64,000 bases of DNA from Planctomycetota bacterium (GTDB lineage: Bacteria > Planctomycetota > UBA8108 > SXIK01). Both the position numbers and the translations under genes were made by a program. Location of the stretch: the NCBI GenBank assembly GCA_965223265.1, contig OZ244999.1:2752001-2816000 (forward strand). The letters are read 5' to 3'. This document shows, piece by piece, positions 1 to 10,810 of the stretch (within the stretch, counting starts at the first letter, position 1; each line of letters starts with the position of its first letter). The notes under the pieces are model-generated. The model was not told the origin of the DNA. It worked only from the letters and a program-made list of their open reading frames with translations, and did not search any database.

Positions 1-842
1 TCGAGAACTTGCGGCGGATGGGCGTTGAGTTCAAAACTGATTCCGTGATCGGCGAAGACGTCACCATTGACGAACTCCTCACAGAGGGACACTTCGATGC
101 GGTATTTGTCGCAACTGGTGCCGAGGTGCCTCGGCGCCTGGAGATTCCCGGTGAAGATCTTCATGGCGTCTACTCGGCGCACGAATTCCTCGCGCGCGTG
201 AATCTTTCCGGGGCCTACCTGGGCGCGTCTTCTGATCAAAAAGACTACGACTTTCTTGGTGAGCGAGTCGTCGTCGTCGGCGGCGGTAACACGGCGTTTG
301 ATGCCGTGCGCTGCGCAGTTCGCTTGGGTGCGACGGAGCCGCAGATCATTTACCGGCGCACGGAGAAAGAGATGCCGGTATGTCAGGAGGAGTTTGAGCA
401 AGCCGAAGACGAGGGGGTCCACGTGATGAGTCTGGTGACTCCTCTTGAGTTTCTCGGTGACAAGACGGGGAGTTTGCATCAAATCCGATGCGTCAGGACA
501 CGGCTTGCCGAGCCGGACGATTCCGGACGCCCGCGTCCGTTGCCGATCGAGGGATCTGAATTCCTCGTCGACGCGGATGTTGCCATCACCGCGGTTGGCA
601 CGCGTGCCGACCCGCTCGTTCGCAGCGGGACTCCCGATCTCGAGACGGATGTCACTGGATATCTACGAGTTGATCCGGAAACGCATCAGACTTCGAAAAA
701 GGGGGTATTTGCGGGTGGCGACGTCGTCACTGGGACGGCGACCGTCGTATTGGCCATGGCGGCGGGGCGCAGAGCCGCGAAAGCGATCCACCGTTACTTG
801 CGCAGTGGTGAGTGGTCCGGGCCGCGCGCATCGGATCCGTAG
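1..842 (+). CDS. gltD: NADPH-dependent glutamate synthase small-subunit-like oxidoreductase (GltD/SudA/NfnB family), 5' part outside window
   Basis: Frame is open from the window edge. Motifs FDAVFVATGA, VVVVGGGNTAFDAVRCAVRLGA, IIYRR and GVFAGGDVVTG..TVVLAMAAGRRAA. Confidence 0.88.
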   Translation, partial: ENLRRMGVEFKTDSVIGEDVTIDELLTEGHFDAVFVATGAEVPRRLEIPGEDLHGVYSAHEFLARVNLSGAYLGASSDQKDYDFLGERVVVVGGGNTAFDAVRCAVRLGATEPQIIYRRTEKEMPVCQEEFEQAEDEGVHVMSLVTPLEFLGDKTGSLHQIRCVRTRLAEPDDSGRPRPLPIEGSEFLVDADVAITAVGTRADPLVRSGTPDLETDVTGYLRVDPETHQTSKKGVFAGGDVVTGTATVVLAMAAGRRAAKAIHRYLRSGEWSGPRASDP

Positions 843-945
843 CATTGAACGTGGTCAACGATTGCAGTTGCTGTGGATGATTTCTCTGGATGACAGTCGC
901 TGCGCTTGAGTTGTGCAGTCGGAGCCGGTAGGAGGAGGCATCATC

Positions 946-2334
946 ATGTGTCGACCGAAACGAGCGATGGCGTCGAAGGCCGAGTCGTCCGGAGCGGATC
1001 ACGAGCGTCTCGCGCGCGCGGAACAACCTGCCCAGGATGCGATGCGGCTGCACCCGTTCTATCGAGGCAAGGTGCAGACGATGCTGAAGTGCCCCGTTCG
1101 CGACTACAGTGATTTTGCCGTCTGGTATACGCCCGGCGTGGCCGCCCCTTGTAAAGCGATTCAGCGAGACGGGAGCTTAGTTTATGAGCATACGAACAAG
1201 GGCAACACGATCGCGGTTGTCTCTGACGGCTCGCGTGTCCTCGGCCTGGGCGACATAGGACCGGAAGCTGGGCTTCCCGTCATGGAGGGGAAGGCGCTCC
1301 TGTTCAAGTTCCTTGGCGGCGTTGACGCCGTACCGATCTGTATAGGAACGCGTGATCCCGACGAAATCATTCGCACCACGAAGCTCCTGGAGCCATCGTT
1401 CGGTGGGATCAACCTTGAGGATCTCTCCCAGCCGAAGTGCTTTGATGTACTCGACAAGCTGCAGGAGGAGATGAACATCCCAGTCTGGCACGATGACCAG
1501 CAAGGGTCAGCGACTGTGCTCGTCGCCGGACTCTTGAATGCGCTCAAGCTGACTGGCAGAACGATCCGCGATGTGAAAGTCGCTATGGTCGGCATGGGGG
1601 CGGCGAACGTCGCGACGTATCGTTTGATCACGCGCCTTGGAGTTGATCCGGCCGGCGTCGTCGCCTGTGATAGCAAAGGGGTGCTCCACCAAGGTCGAGA
1701 CGACATCGAAGCGGCTCAGGACCGTTACCGTGACAAGTGGAATGTCTGTCGGGAAACCAATGCCGAGGGAGTGGTCGGTGGCATTTTGGAAGCGCTCCGT
1801 GGCGCGGATGTTTGCATCGCTTTCTCCAGTCCGGGACCGCGGACCATCGAGCCGGAGTGGATTGAAGGGATGGCGAAGGACGCGATCGTGTTCGCGTGCG
1901 CCAACCCCATCCCGGAGATTTGGCCGTGGGAGGCGAGCCAGGCGGGTGCCAGGATCGTCGCCACGGGACGAAGCGATTTCCCGAACCAGGTGAACAACTC
2001 ACTGTGCTTTCCGGCGATCTTCCGCGGAGCTCTGGACGTTCGGGCGCGCACCATCACCGACGAGATGGCCCTCGCGGCTGCCGAGCGCCTGGCGCAGTGC
2101 TCAGCAGCAGGTGATCTGAACGAGGAGAGTCTCCTGCCACGCATGGATCAGTGGGAAGTGTTTCCCCGGGTCGCGGTGGCGACTGCGATGAAGGCTCAGG
2201 CCCAGGGTGTGGCTCGCTTGGAGAAGACGGAGGAGCAGCTCAGCCTCGAGGCGCTGGAGATCATCGGTGAGGCTCAGAGGGCGGTGCGACTGCTCATGGA
2301 CCAAGGGCTGATCAAGGATGCACCGTCGACTTAA
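946..2334 (+). CDS. mae: NAD(P)-dependent malic enzyme (short form, no PTA domain)
   Basis: Motifs YTPGVA, VLGLGDIGPEAGLPVMEGKALLFK, GGINLED, HDDQQG, ANPIPEI and ATGRSDFPNQVNN. RBS GGAGGAGG at 931-938 precedes ATG 946. Confidence 0.95.
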   Translation: MCRPKRAMASKAESSGADHERLARAEQPAQDAMRLHPFYRGKVQTMLKCPVRDYSDFAVWYTPGVAAPCKAIQRDGSLVYEHTNKGNTIAVVSDGSRVLGLGDIGPEAGLPVMEGKALLFKFLGGVDAVPICIGTRDPDEIIRTTKLLEPSFGGINLEDLSQPKCFDVLDKLQEEMNIPVWHDDQQGSATVLVAGLLNALKLTGRTIRDVKVAMVGMGAANVATYRLITRLGVDPAGVVACDSKGVLHQGRDDIEAAQDRYRDKWNVCRETNAEGVVGGILEALRGADVCIAFSSPGPRTIEPEWIEGMAKDAIVFACANPIPEIWPWEASQAGARIVATGRSDFPNQVNNSLCFPAIFRGALDVRARTITDEMALAAAERLAQCSAAGDLNEESLLPRMDQWEVFPRVAVATAMKAQAQGVARLEKTEEQLSLEALEIIGEAQRAVRLLMDQGLIKDAPST

Positions 2335-2561
2335 CGTTAAAGGTAGCCGCGAGGAAAGAACCGTTCAGCTAAGCTCGAGGCCTAGCCTAGCAGGCCGTTG
2401 AGAAGGGAATTTGCGCAACGAGCGCCGAGACGTCCCCCTCCGTTGCCTCTGTTCCACGAGCCTCAACGTGGCGGGCATCCTGACTTGGCACCGCGATTCG
2501 GCTTGGCGTTTTGGCATTATGGGCGTTCACCAGAGGGCGGTTCACGGTCAGTGAATCGGCG

Positions 2562-3227
2562 TTACTTGCACCCGTATTCAATCCTCAACCTCAGCGACGC
2601 AGGCGGGGGAATATCATTCGGGTTCGGAACGACAACACCTGTCGGGCAGGTCTCATCGCTGCGCAGGCGCGTCGAGATACTCCAGGTTCCTGTGGGTGAT
2701 TGACCGTTGAATACCGAGGTTGAAGAATTCGCGGCGATTGGCGATGTAAATGCATGGCTCACAGTAACGTTTCGACTGTTGGGATTGTGGACGTTCTGGA
2801 TCACCTCGTTCTTCGCGAATTTTCTCGGCGCACCATCTTTGACCTCGGTCTCATAGGTCGCGTGAGTGCTCGAGCAGCTTTTTTGCAGGAGCACCAGATT
2901 GAGTACTTGTCCGGATCGACCCACTTCGACAGTTGCAGAGTCTTGCTTCAATCCCACCGACGAATGTCCCGTGATGACGAATTTGGTCGTACCGTCTACT
3001 GTGATCTTTCTAGATCCGGACGCTCCATTCACCGGAGTGATGAATTGCCCGATTTCCGGGGCGACTTCGTAGTTACCGACGCGAGACACTTTCCAAGAGA
3101 CGGTGACCTCACCTTTGTCGCAGATCAAGCTTGGATTTACGGAGATTTCGACGGAGGGTTTCGGACATCCCAAGAGGAATGACGACGAGACGAGCGCAGC
3201 CAGCTTCAGAAGAGTGTAGGTATGCAT
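2562..3227 (-). CDS. Putative lipoprotein, beta-rich (Ig/P-domain-like)
   Basis: ATG 3227 with GAGG upstream. Signal peptide with lipobox LLGC. Ser/Thr/Val-rich mature part containing FNGQSPTGTWSI. Confidence 0.65.
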   Translation of the reverse strand: MHTYTLLKLAALVSSSFLLGCPKPSVEISVNPSLICDKGEVTVSWKVSRVGNYEVAPEIGQFITPVNGASGSRKITVDGTTKFVITGHSSVGLKQDSATVEVGRSGQVLNLVLLQKSCSSTHATYETEVKDGAPRKFAKNEVIQNVHNPNSRNVTVSHAFTSPIAANSSTSVFNGQSPTGTWSISTRLRSDETCPTGVVVPNPNDIPPPASLRLRIEYGCK

Positions 3228-3846
3228 GTGACGACCTCGGCTTATCAAACTACCTGGCCCAGTGTGTCGAGTTCGAAATCGTCGAAAGAATCGACGTCGC
3301 ACGCTCTCGTGGGAAGAGCGCTGCGCGGCGACAATTCGCGAAATGGAAGAAACGAGCGTTCCGGCTTTGTTACCTGAATTTCAGACTCGGCACACCTGGA
3401 GACGAGCTGCGTTGATCACGCAACTGACCATCCACGACGCGAATGAAGCAAAAACGAAACCGGGCTCGTCCATCACGCACCCCTTCAGGCTTTCCTCTGT
3501 AGGTTTGCGGGACCAAGCTGCAAACGTTGTTCCATTTGCACGCGTGACGTGGTGCTCAGGGGAATGCTGGTCTATGTCCTCGGTGTGTGACCGACGGACG
3601 ATAGACGAGCGGAGGAGAAGGCGAGGAATTCAGCCCGATATGGGAAATTTCCGACAGCCGATGAGCTCGATTGTTGGAGGGTGTCGACCCTCGCGCACGA
3701 GAACGGTGGGAGGACCCTGGATTGCCGCTGCGTGGGACGATGACTTTCGCGAGACAGTGCAGAGCTCGGACCTCTCCGTTGTCAAAGAGGTGAGCGGAGA
3801 GTTCGTTCAATGAGACCGTCGGGTCGACCCGGTGTTGGCGATCCCC

Positions 3847-6108
3847 TCAGAAGACATGCGGGCGCCGTGGACCCCGATACGGCTCGGCGCCGTGCTGCGC
3901 TTCGCGCTCTTCGACGGTGAGAAGACTTGGGTCAGTTGTGGTGGGCGCCTTGATCAAGCCGTAGTAGCGGCCCATCCAGTAGGCATCCAGATAGCTGGAT
4001 GGATCGAGGATGTTGCGGCTGCCACCGCCGTCGAGTTCGAGCGGATTGCGATCCCAGCGGCGGATGCCTTGCTCGCGCGGCCCCATGGCCTTGGTGTCCG
4101 TCACGTAGTTGGTGTAGCCCGCTGGGACGTCGAGATCGTGGCGGTGTGAGTTGGTGAAACGATAGTCGGTGCAGTCGAGCGGGTAGTCGCGCAGGTGCTG
4201 GACGGCCTCCTCGTTCTGACAGGCGTTTCCCGTGAGTGCGCCGTAGATATAGTTGAACCAAGTCTGGTTCTCGAAGCGTTTGATCTCCCAGCTGCGCTGC
4301 AGGCTGCGCATGTACGTGCCGCGCAGCTTTCGATCCTTCTCGTAGCGCAGCAGCGGATAGTAGGCCAGGAACGCCAAGCGATCGTCGAAGTGCGTGTAGC
4401 CGGGGAAAACGATCTTCGTCCGCAGCACGTTCTCAGGGTATTGCCATCCGAGCAGCTGCTCCTTGGCTCGCGCGTACTTGTCACTGCCGACGATGTGCTG
4501 CGCGGTGGCGATCATGCTCAGCGCTTGGCATGAGTTCAGGCCGCGCTCGTCCGTGTGGTACGGGCTGAAGATGAACTCCGGCTCCCAGCGCGCCCACACG
4601 GTCGGCTTGCCATCGAGGTCGCGCAGCACCCAACCACTATCGATGATGTGATCCATGATCCGCTGGATGTGCTCGACGACAGCGCGCTTGATCTCACCTT
4701 CTGCGACCAGTTCGTAGAAGATTGAAGCTGTGTAGTAGTGGGCGATGACCTCGTCGCTCGACGTATCTCCCTTCCACTCCCACTTGCCGTCCTCTGTCGG
4801 ATTCCACTCGGCGGCGCGGCCTGCCGAGCCGCCGGTCGCCTTGATGGCTTCCTCGCCGACGGCGTAGATCGCGCGAGCGGGAAAGCCGCGCATGGGGGTG
4901 ATCTCTTCCAGCCATTTGATCGTCTTAAAGACGTCGATGGCTTCGTCCCGCACCGTGGGGTCGCCGGTAACGGCCCACTCAAAGCAAAGTGCGTCGAGGT
5001 AGTGGCACGCCCAGCCGCCGTCGTTGTCACCGAGGAATCGAATGTACGTGCCATCGGGGCGAGGGAGTAGAGTGTTGACGAAACCCAAACGCTTCATACC
5101 CCATTCCTTCATCCAGCGTTTGTACCAAGCCGCCTTCTTCTGCAAGGTGTAGGGCTCGTAGCGGACGATGCCTAGACCGCCGTCGGTCGCGATGTAGGCG
5201 ACGTTGTCACCGCACGCGATGGCGTTGACGCTCTCATGCGGGATCCAGCGCTCGTGGCCGAAATAGTGAAACTCGCCTCCGACGACACGAACGGCGCCGC
5301 GCCGCGTGCCCACCCAGTAATCGCGATCGAAGCCTGCTGCCGTGCAGGTCGTCTCTTCATAGCACAGACCGTCAGCGCCAGTGATCGTGTTCCACGACAT
5401 CCCTCGCAGCACGGCGAGTCCCTTGTCGGTGGCGACGAAGAGTTCGCTGTCGCGAGCAAGCAGGTCTTGGGTCACTACGCTGCGAGGCAGGTGCCCCCAG
5501 TCTTCGACGTCGTCGTATTCGTAGCGGTCGCCATCGAAAAAGCCAACGCGGTCAGCGTGGCGCACGTACAAAGTCTCGCTGTAGGAAGCTACCCCCTCGA
5601 TGGGCCAGCGGCTCGGACGATCGTGAAGTGGCTTGAGTCCGTCGTCCGTGACGCGATTAAGGCGGTCGCGGGCTGCGACGACGATAGCGCCAACGTGTGA
5701 ACAGACGTCGACGAAGCCATTGCGCGCAGCGTCGTCTCCGACCTTCGCCACTTGCGACCAGCCGTTGTTGGCGGTGTAGCGCCACAACTCACGTTCGGTG
5801 ACTGCCCACAGACTATTATCTAACGTGCGCAGTCGACGGACCTCAGCTCGAGGTCCGTCGGCACCGACGAGTCGGTCTCCTTCGACCCTCTGCACTCCCT
5901 CGGGCGAGCCGACGTACGCAACACCGTTGAGCACAGCGACGCTGAGGAGTGGGCGTTCGGTCGCAATCTGAGAACCGATCTCTTGCAGGTACACCTCGTC
6001 GACGAGAGGTTTCCACCGCGGATTCGGGGGAATCGGAAGCTCCGCGAAGGCCGAGCTCGAAACGCCGGCCAGGGTGAAGGCCGCTATCAATGTGAAGATC
6101 CGTGACAT
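3847..6108 (-). CDS. Secreted protein with N-terminal beta-propeller (two-component-regulator propeller-like) and C-terminal helical barrel-like domain
   Basis: Signal peptide MSRIFTLIAAFTLAG..AFA. Propeller-type repeats LFVATDKGL, YWVGTRRG and YIATDGGL. C-terminal WKGDTSSDE-type motif. Confidence 0.75.
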   Translation of the reverse strand: MSRIFTLIAAFTLAGVSSSAFAELPIPPNPRWKPLVDEVYLQEIGSQIATERPLLSVAVLNGVAYVGSPEGVQRVEGDRLVGADGPRAEVRRLRTLDNSLWAVTERELWRYTANNGWSQVAKVGDDAARNGFVDVCSHVGAIVVAARDRLNRVTDDGLKPLHDRPSRWPIEGVASYSETLYVRHADRVGFFDGDRYEYDDVEDWGHLPRSVVTQDLLARDSELFVATDKGLAVLRGMSWNTITGADGLCYEETTCTAAGFDRDYWVGTRRGAVRVVGGEFHYFGHERWIPHESVNAIACGDNVAYIATDGGLGIVRYEPYTLQKKAAWYKRWMKEWGMKRLGFVNTLLPRPDGTYIRFLGDNDGGWACHYLDALCFEWAVTGDPTVRDEAIDVFKTIKWLEEITPMRGFPARAIYAVGEEAIKATGGSAGRAAEWNPTEDGKWEWKGDTSSDEVIAHYYTASIFYELVAEGEIKRAVVEHIQRIMDHIIDSGWVLRDLDGKPTVWARWEPEFIFSPYHTDERGLNSCQALSMIATAQHIVGSDKYARAKEQLLGWQYPENVLRTKIVFPGYTHFDDRLAFLAYYPLLRYEKDRKLRGTYMRSLQRSWEIKRFENQTWFNYIYGALTGNACQNEEAVQHLRDYPLDCTDYRFTNSHRHDLDVPAGYTNYVTDTKAMGPREQGIRRWDRNPLELDGGGSRNILDPSSYLDAYWMGRYYGLIKAPTTTDPSLLTVEEREAQHGAEPYRGPRRPHVF

Positions 6109-6443
6109 AGACGTTGCACCTCTCCTGGCTCGCTGCGAGGTTGTTCGACCGGCGTGCGACACGCGCGGCTGTTTCTCTGATCGTTGGTTGATTTGCGGAG
6201 CGTGTATCGTACCCTCTAGCCGTGGTGAAGCGAACGCTTCGTCGCCGAGAGAGCGCTCAGCGAACCAGTGAGCTGACGTTCTCGTGCACTCGAGTGCTCT
6301 AGCGTCAGCATTTCGTATCGGTGCCGGCGCACAACGACTAGCGCGCAAGCGGGAACGCGACTGGGCATGGTCCCAGGCTACGTTCCCGCCTGCACGTGGT
6401 CACGAGTGTGCTCGGAGTCGATGCCGTCGACGCTGCGCTCGCG

Positions 6444-9400
6444 TTAGTCGCATGCGAACCGCTCGCATGCTAGCTCGCTCTCTGCGTCTTCAACACTACC
6501 GCACTCTGGGTACGGTGCGGCAGGCGCGTCGCCGCTGACGAAGAGAAAGTTGATGACGAGGATCGGGTCCGAGATGTCTTCGCCCAGGTCGCCGTTGGCG
6601 TCGCAGGCCGCTGGGCAATCGGAAGCCGCGCCGCTGGCAAAGAGCGCGTTGAGATGGTTGATCGCGTCGGAGATGTCGACGAAGCGGTCGCCGTTACAGT
6701 CGCCGCGAAGGAACTGCGGCACCTCCTCGCTGGGCGGCTCGACCTCGCGACCGCGGATGGCGCCGACCTGCTCGTCTGCAAACAGGCGCTCGTTCATCGA
6801 TAGGTCGATGTCCGTCTCCGTGATTGTGTGTTCGGTGAAACCGTACGCCTTGGTACCTTCACTGACGGCGGTCCAGTTGTAGCCGAGATCGGGATCGTCG
6901 AGCTTGGGGCCGGAGCGCGGCTGTGCGTAACGCGTCAGCATGTTTCGGCTCGCGTCGTATTCGAGTCGCCCTTCCAGCGGCAGCTTTTGATAGAGGACTG
7001 CCGCTTGACCGGCAGGTAGATCCAGTCCGAAAAAGGAGCTCGAGACGCCAGCCACCAAGATGCCGTCCTCGATGACGTCGACGCCGGTGAAGGATTCGTT
7101 GAAGATCCCAGAGAACGTCGTCATCCACTGGACGCCGAAGTTAGAGTCGATCTGAACCGCGATTGCGTCGGTCGCGTTTCCAAGGCCCGTACTACCGACG
7201 ATCACAGCGCCGCCCGGGACCGGGGCCACCGCATAGCCCGTGTCGTAGGCCGTTGCGTCGCTCGGGTTGCCGACGTACGTGTCTTGATCACGGTCGTTGA
7301 TGCTGTCGAGGTGAAGTTCCCATTGCTCGTCGACGCTGATGATGACGTTGTCGCCGTCGCCAGTCTCAAGGTCCAGCTGGGCGACCCAAATCGCGGCGTG
7401 CCCTTCGGAGACTGTGGGCTGGACGTTGCCACACGCCCACACCTTGCCTTCTGGACTCGATGTGACGGAGTAGAACGCGCCGCCGCGGTAGTTCTGCATG
7501 AGCGAGCGCCAGATCGCGCTGCCGTCCGGAGCGATGCGAAAGACCAGGCCCTGCTCCTCCCACGGATCTTCGCTGGCGAGTCTAAACTTCCTCCAGCCGC
7601 ACACGAGCAAGCTGCCGTCCGCGAGCGCCGTGGCGTCTGTGGGAACGTCTGCGTTCGGGGCACCATACTGTTTCGCCCACAGAAGTTCGCCGACCTCGTC
7701 GAAGCGGAGGATGAACGGCTCGCGGTCGAAGATCGATTCATGCGTGACGAAACCGATGATCGAGAGAGCTACACCGCCTTGTCCGTCGGGGCCCGCCGCA
7801 AAGTCAACGGGAGTCCAGAACGAACCGATTTCGAATGCGCGGTGCCACAGCAAATTGCCGTCGCCATCGTACTCGGCGACCCAGACGGTCTTGCCGGCGT
7901 AGCCGCCTGCGAAGATGCGGCCGCCCGGAAGCTCGATGGCGTCGAGAAGCGTCGAATAGCCGGTGCGTCGTTGCCAGATCACACCTCCTTCGCGTTCGAC
8001 GCGCGCAAGTTGACCGATTCCGCTGCCGCGCACGACGATGAGAGCGTCGCCGTTCTCCAGAGAATGGATGCGAGGTTCGCCTGAGACAGGCCGATCGCCA
8101 TCGCGCAGAGTTGATGCCCAGCGAGCATTCGCGTCATGGACGGACGGTGCTTCCTCGTCGAGCGCGTTTGGATCCAGCGCGAGCCCGCCTCCGCTGCCGC
8201 CGCCAGACGCCGGCCCATGTGATTCCATCGGGAAGTTCCAATCGACCGATTGCGTGCGGTCGAAGTTGATCTTGATGCCGAGGAAGTTCATCTTGAAGCC
8301 AGCTTTTACGCCGGTGACGAGGTCCAGACCGCGCTCCATCTTCCAGGAGCGATCTTTGAGCGGTGTCACGTCAATGCTGCCGTAGCCGGTAGCACGGACG
8401 AACGGCCCCGCCACGCCGTTGATACGGAGCGTCGACTCAACGCCAGCCCACGCCTTCAAGTGGAGCCCGCTGGACTCTTCGACGTGCGGCGCTGTGAACT
8501 CGAAGGGCACATGAGATTCGTAAGGCTCGAAGACGGCTTCTCCGTCAGCGAAACCGATGTAAACACCGATCTTGGCGTTCTGGTTGATACTCGTGGTGCC
8601 GGTTGCGAGGAGCTCCGCTTTGGCCCCAGCCAGAAAGACGATGTCCATCGAGATGGTCACCGGCACGCCACCGACGTAGACGGTGAAGATCGGCAGATTG
8701 ACTGAGTAGAGGTTTTTCTCTGTGCGGGCAGCGGGCGGCCCGATGCGCGACTTGAGCTCCAAACTCGCGGAGTACGACAGTTCGAGGTCAACGACGACAC
8801 GCGTTGGCAGGAGCTTTCGAAAACGGATCTGCACCGACGCGATGCTGGCGCCGAAGCGAATCTCGCCGCTGAGCTTCACGTTGTCGCCGAGATCCAGTTC
8901 GTTGAAGCGGATAGGAAGGCCGCGTGCCTCGCACTCGGTGTACTCCTGGTCCAGAGGGTCCAGAGGATCTTCTTCGGTGTGGGTCTCATCGACGCAGCCG
9001 TCCATCAGTTTCTGAAAATCCTCCAGGGTGAAGGTCTCCCCGAGTTTGGTGCCATAGCCGAGGCCGACTTTCATCGAGCCGGTCTCATAGTCGTCTTCGG
9101 AGAGAGCTTCGCAGACAAGTGTGAGCGGTCCCGACTCGTCCGCAGATTCGTCCTTGCGAACAACTTTCAACGGCAAGATGCTAGCTAAGTGGCCTTCGGC
9201 CTGGAAGCCAGAGGGGTGCGGATCTTCAGCGAAGATGTTTCCCTTGTCGAGCGCGTCGAGGAGGTCTGTCGGGTAGGAAAACCGCAGATGAAAGTAACCA
9301 TCCGAGACTGGTATCTGTCGGTCATAAGCGACTTGCGTAGCAGAGTCGAGATAGCGAGTCGTGCCGGCGTAGACGTTGATTTCTTCTCCAATCACACGAT

Positions 9401-9803
9401 AGGGGATGCGCCCCTCTTCGAGAGCGAACGGCAGCTCGGCGACTTCGTCGGTCGGTGCGTTCACGGTCCAGACGGTGTCCGGGCTCACCGACCCGGTGCT
9501 CGGCACCGACGAGAACGACATTTCATTGTGGATCACCTCGACGCCGCGGCCCGCGCTGCGCAGCTTCGCTTTCGCGCTTGCCCAGACCGCGGGGCCGACA
9601 TTGCTCAGGTCGGCCGCGATGTCGACTTCACTGCGCCGCTGGTTGATTTCCCGCACGGCGACGATGCGGAAGCCGTGCAGGTTGAGCTCGTCGCTGTCGT
9701 CAAGTTGCGGGTTGGTTTGGGCGCGTGCGGGAACGGTTCCCGAAAGTAGAAAAGCTACGAGCGTGAGAAGATAGATGGGCAGAGAGCTCTGGCGCGAGGT
9801 CAT
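6444..9803 (-). CDS. Large secreted protein with beta-propeller repeats and C-terminal planctomycete dockerin-like domain
   Basis: Signal peptide ending ARAQ. Repeats such as YDGDGNLLW, FDEVGELLW and IAPDGSAIW. C-terminal FLRGDCNGDRFVDISDAI...CDANGDLGEDISDPI. Confidence 0.8.
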   Translation of the reverse strand: MTSRQSSLPIYLLTLVAFLLSGTVPARAQTNPQLDDSDELNLHGFRIVAVREINQRRSEVDIAADLSNVGPAVWASAKAKLRSAGRGVEVIHNEMSFSSVPSTGSVSPDTVWTVNAPTDEVAELPFALEEGRIPYRVIGEEINVYAGTTRYLDSATQVAYDRQIPVSDGYFHLRFSYPTDLLDALDKGNIFAEDPHPSGFQAEGHLASILPLKVVRKDESADESGPLTLVCEALSEDDYETGSMKVGLGYGTKLGETFTLEDFQKLMDGCVDETHTEEDPLDPLDQEYTECEARGLPIRFNELDLGDNVKLSGEIRFGASIASVQIRFRKLLPTRVVVDLELSYSASLELKSRIGPPAARTEKNLYSVNLPIFTVYVGGVPVTISMDIVFLAGAKAELLATGTTSINQNAKIGVYIGFADGEAVFEPYESHVPFEFTAPHVEESSGLHLKAWAGVESTLRINGVAGPFVRATGYGSIDVTPLKDRSWKMERGLDLVTGVKAGFKMNFLGIKINFDRTQSVDWNFPMESHGPASGGGSGGGLALDPNALDEEAPSVHDANARWASTLRDGDRPVSGEPRIHSLENGDALIVVRGSGIGQLARVEREGGVIWQRRTGYSTLLDAIELPGGRIFAGGYAGKTVWVAEYDGDGNLLWHRAFEIGSFWTPVDFAAGPDGQGGVALSIIGFVTHESIFDREPFILRFDEVGELLWAKQYGAPNADVPTDATALADGSLLVCGWRKFRLASEDPWEEQGLVFRIAPDGSAIWRSLMQNYRGGAFYSVTSSPEGKVWACGNVQPTVSEGHAAIWVAQLDLETGDGDNVIISVDEQWELHLDSINDRDQDTYVGNPSDATAYDTGYAVAPVPGGAVIVGSTGLGNATDAIAVQIDSNFGVQWMTTFSGIFNESFTGVDVIEDGILVAGVSSSFFGLDLPAGQAAVLYQKLPLEGRLEYDASRNMLTRYAQPRSGPKLDDPDLGYNWTAVSEGTKAYGFTEHTITETDIDLSMNERLFADEQVGAIRGREVEPPSEEVPQFLRGDCNGDRFVDISDAINHLNALFASGAASDCPAACDANGDLGEDISDPILVINFLFVSGDAPAAPYPECGSVEDAESELACERFACD

Positions 9804-9996
9804 GACTCTTCCTTTCGCCGGCAACCGGCGTGGGGGCTGGTGGGGCCTTTCGCCCCTTTGGGTGGGTTATTCAGCCAAGGAAGAAGTCGGTGCTCGGTTC
9901 AGACCTCCGAATTTTGGAAAAAGGAGTCGCCCAGCGGCTGAGCCTGGCTGCGGTCATCACGGATTCCCTGGCGGCACACGACGTTGGGGCGCGGCG

Positions 9997-10677
9997 TCAC
10001 TCGGGCAGCGTCGCCGACCGGATTCCGGGAGGCAGCGGCGGTGCGCTCTCAGGGACGCCGATCATGACTCGGAGTTCTTGCACGTACTTGCTGTGGCACG
10101 GGAGGCCCAGTTCAGAGCGCCGGCGTAAGAGATTCGCAGGGTCTGAGATCGGAGTCCGTGGTCCGAAGTGGACCACCCCGTCGACGGAGACGGCAATGTA
10201 CTGCGTGCCGTAAAGTTGTGGTTTCCCCGCAGCCACAAGAGTGCGATCTGTGAGCATGGCGAAGCGGTCCGCTGAGACATCTCCCGTGCGGACGAGAGGG
10301 GTGATCAACTCGAGAACGTGACGCTGGAAATCTGGAGCCGCGTCGCCGTGTTGAACGAGCAACCATGCGGCCTCAGAAGCTGTGGGACCCACAAGGCGGT
10401 GCGTCGGCCACCCGTGCTCCGCGACGATCTCTTTCATGCGGGCGAGGTTGCGCGAATCGATTTTGTGGAGACGCTGCTGCAATTGCGACGGCACTTCGAC
10501 AGCGCCACTTTCTTGAAGATGCCGGGCCAGCTCTTTCCTGACCTGTTGGTCGTCTGCCGCCATCTCGATCAGCTCGCGCGCCAGCGCACTCGAGACTGAA
10601 CGATCGACATCTTCTGGTTGGCTGCAGCCGGCGCCAACCAGAGCGAGAATCAGGAATGCGAGGCGTCGCCGGTTCAT
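9997..10677 (-). CDS. DUF6624-like lipoprotein
   Basis: Lipobox GAGC. Motifs DDQQVR, HGWP..VG...AAWLLVQH, A.L.DR...GKPQLYGTQ and RR.ELGL. Confidence 0.82.
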   Translation of the reverse strand: MNRRRLAFLILALVGAGCSQPEDVDRSVSSALARELIEMAADDQQVRKELARHLQESGAVEVPSQLQQRLHKIDSRNLARMKEIVAEHGWPTHRLVGPTASEAAWLLVQHGDAAPDFQRHVLELITPLVRTGDVSADRFAMLTDRTLVAAGKPQLYGTQYIAVSVDGVVHFGPRTPISDPANLLRRRSELGLPCHSKYVQELRVMIGVPESAPPLPPGIRSATLPE

Positions 10678-10810
10678 GTTGGCTTCGAAGGCGATGAAAG
10701 AAGATAGAGAATCAGAAGGAATCAGAGGGAACGAAGATGGAACGACGATTCTGAGAATCGCTCATTGCTTGAGTCGTCTCCGATCTTGATCAGCTCTTGT
10801 CAGCCTTACG

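Noticed and set aside
10678-10765. Purine-rich tract with GAATCAGA twice
   Set aside because: Short and low-complexity, with no periodic structure I can support.
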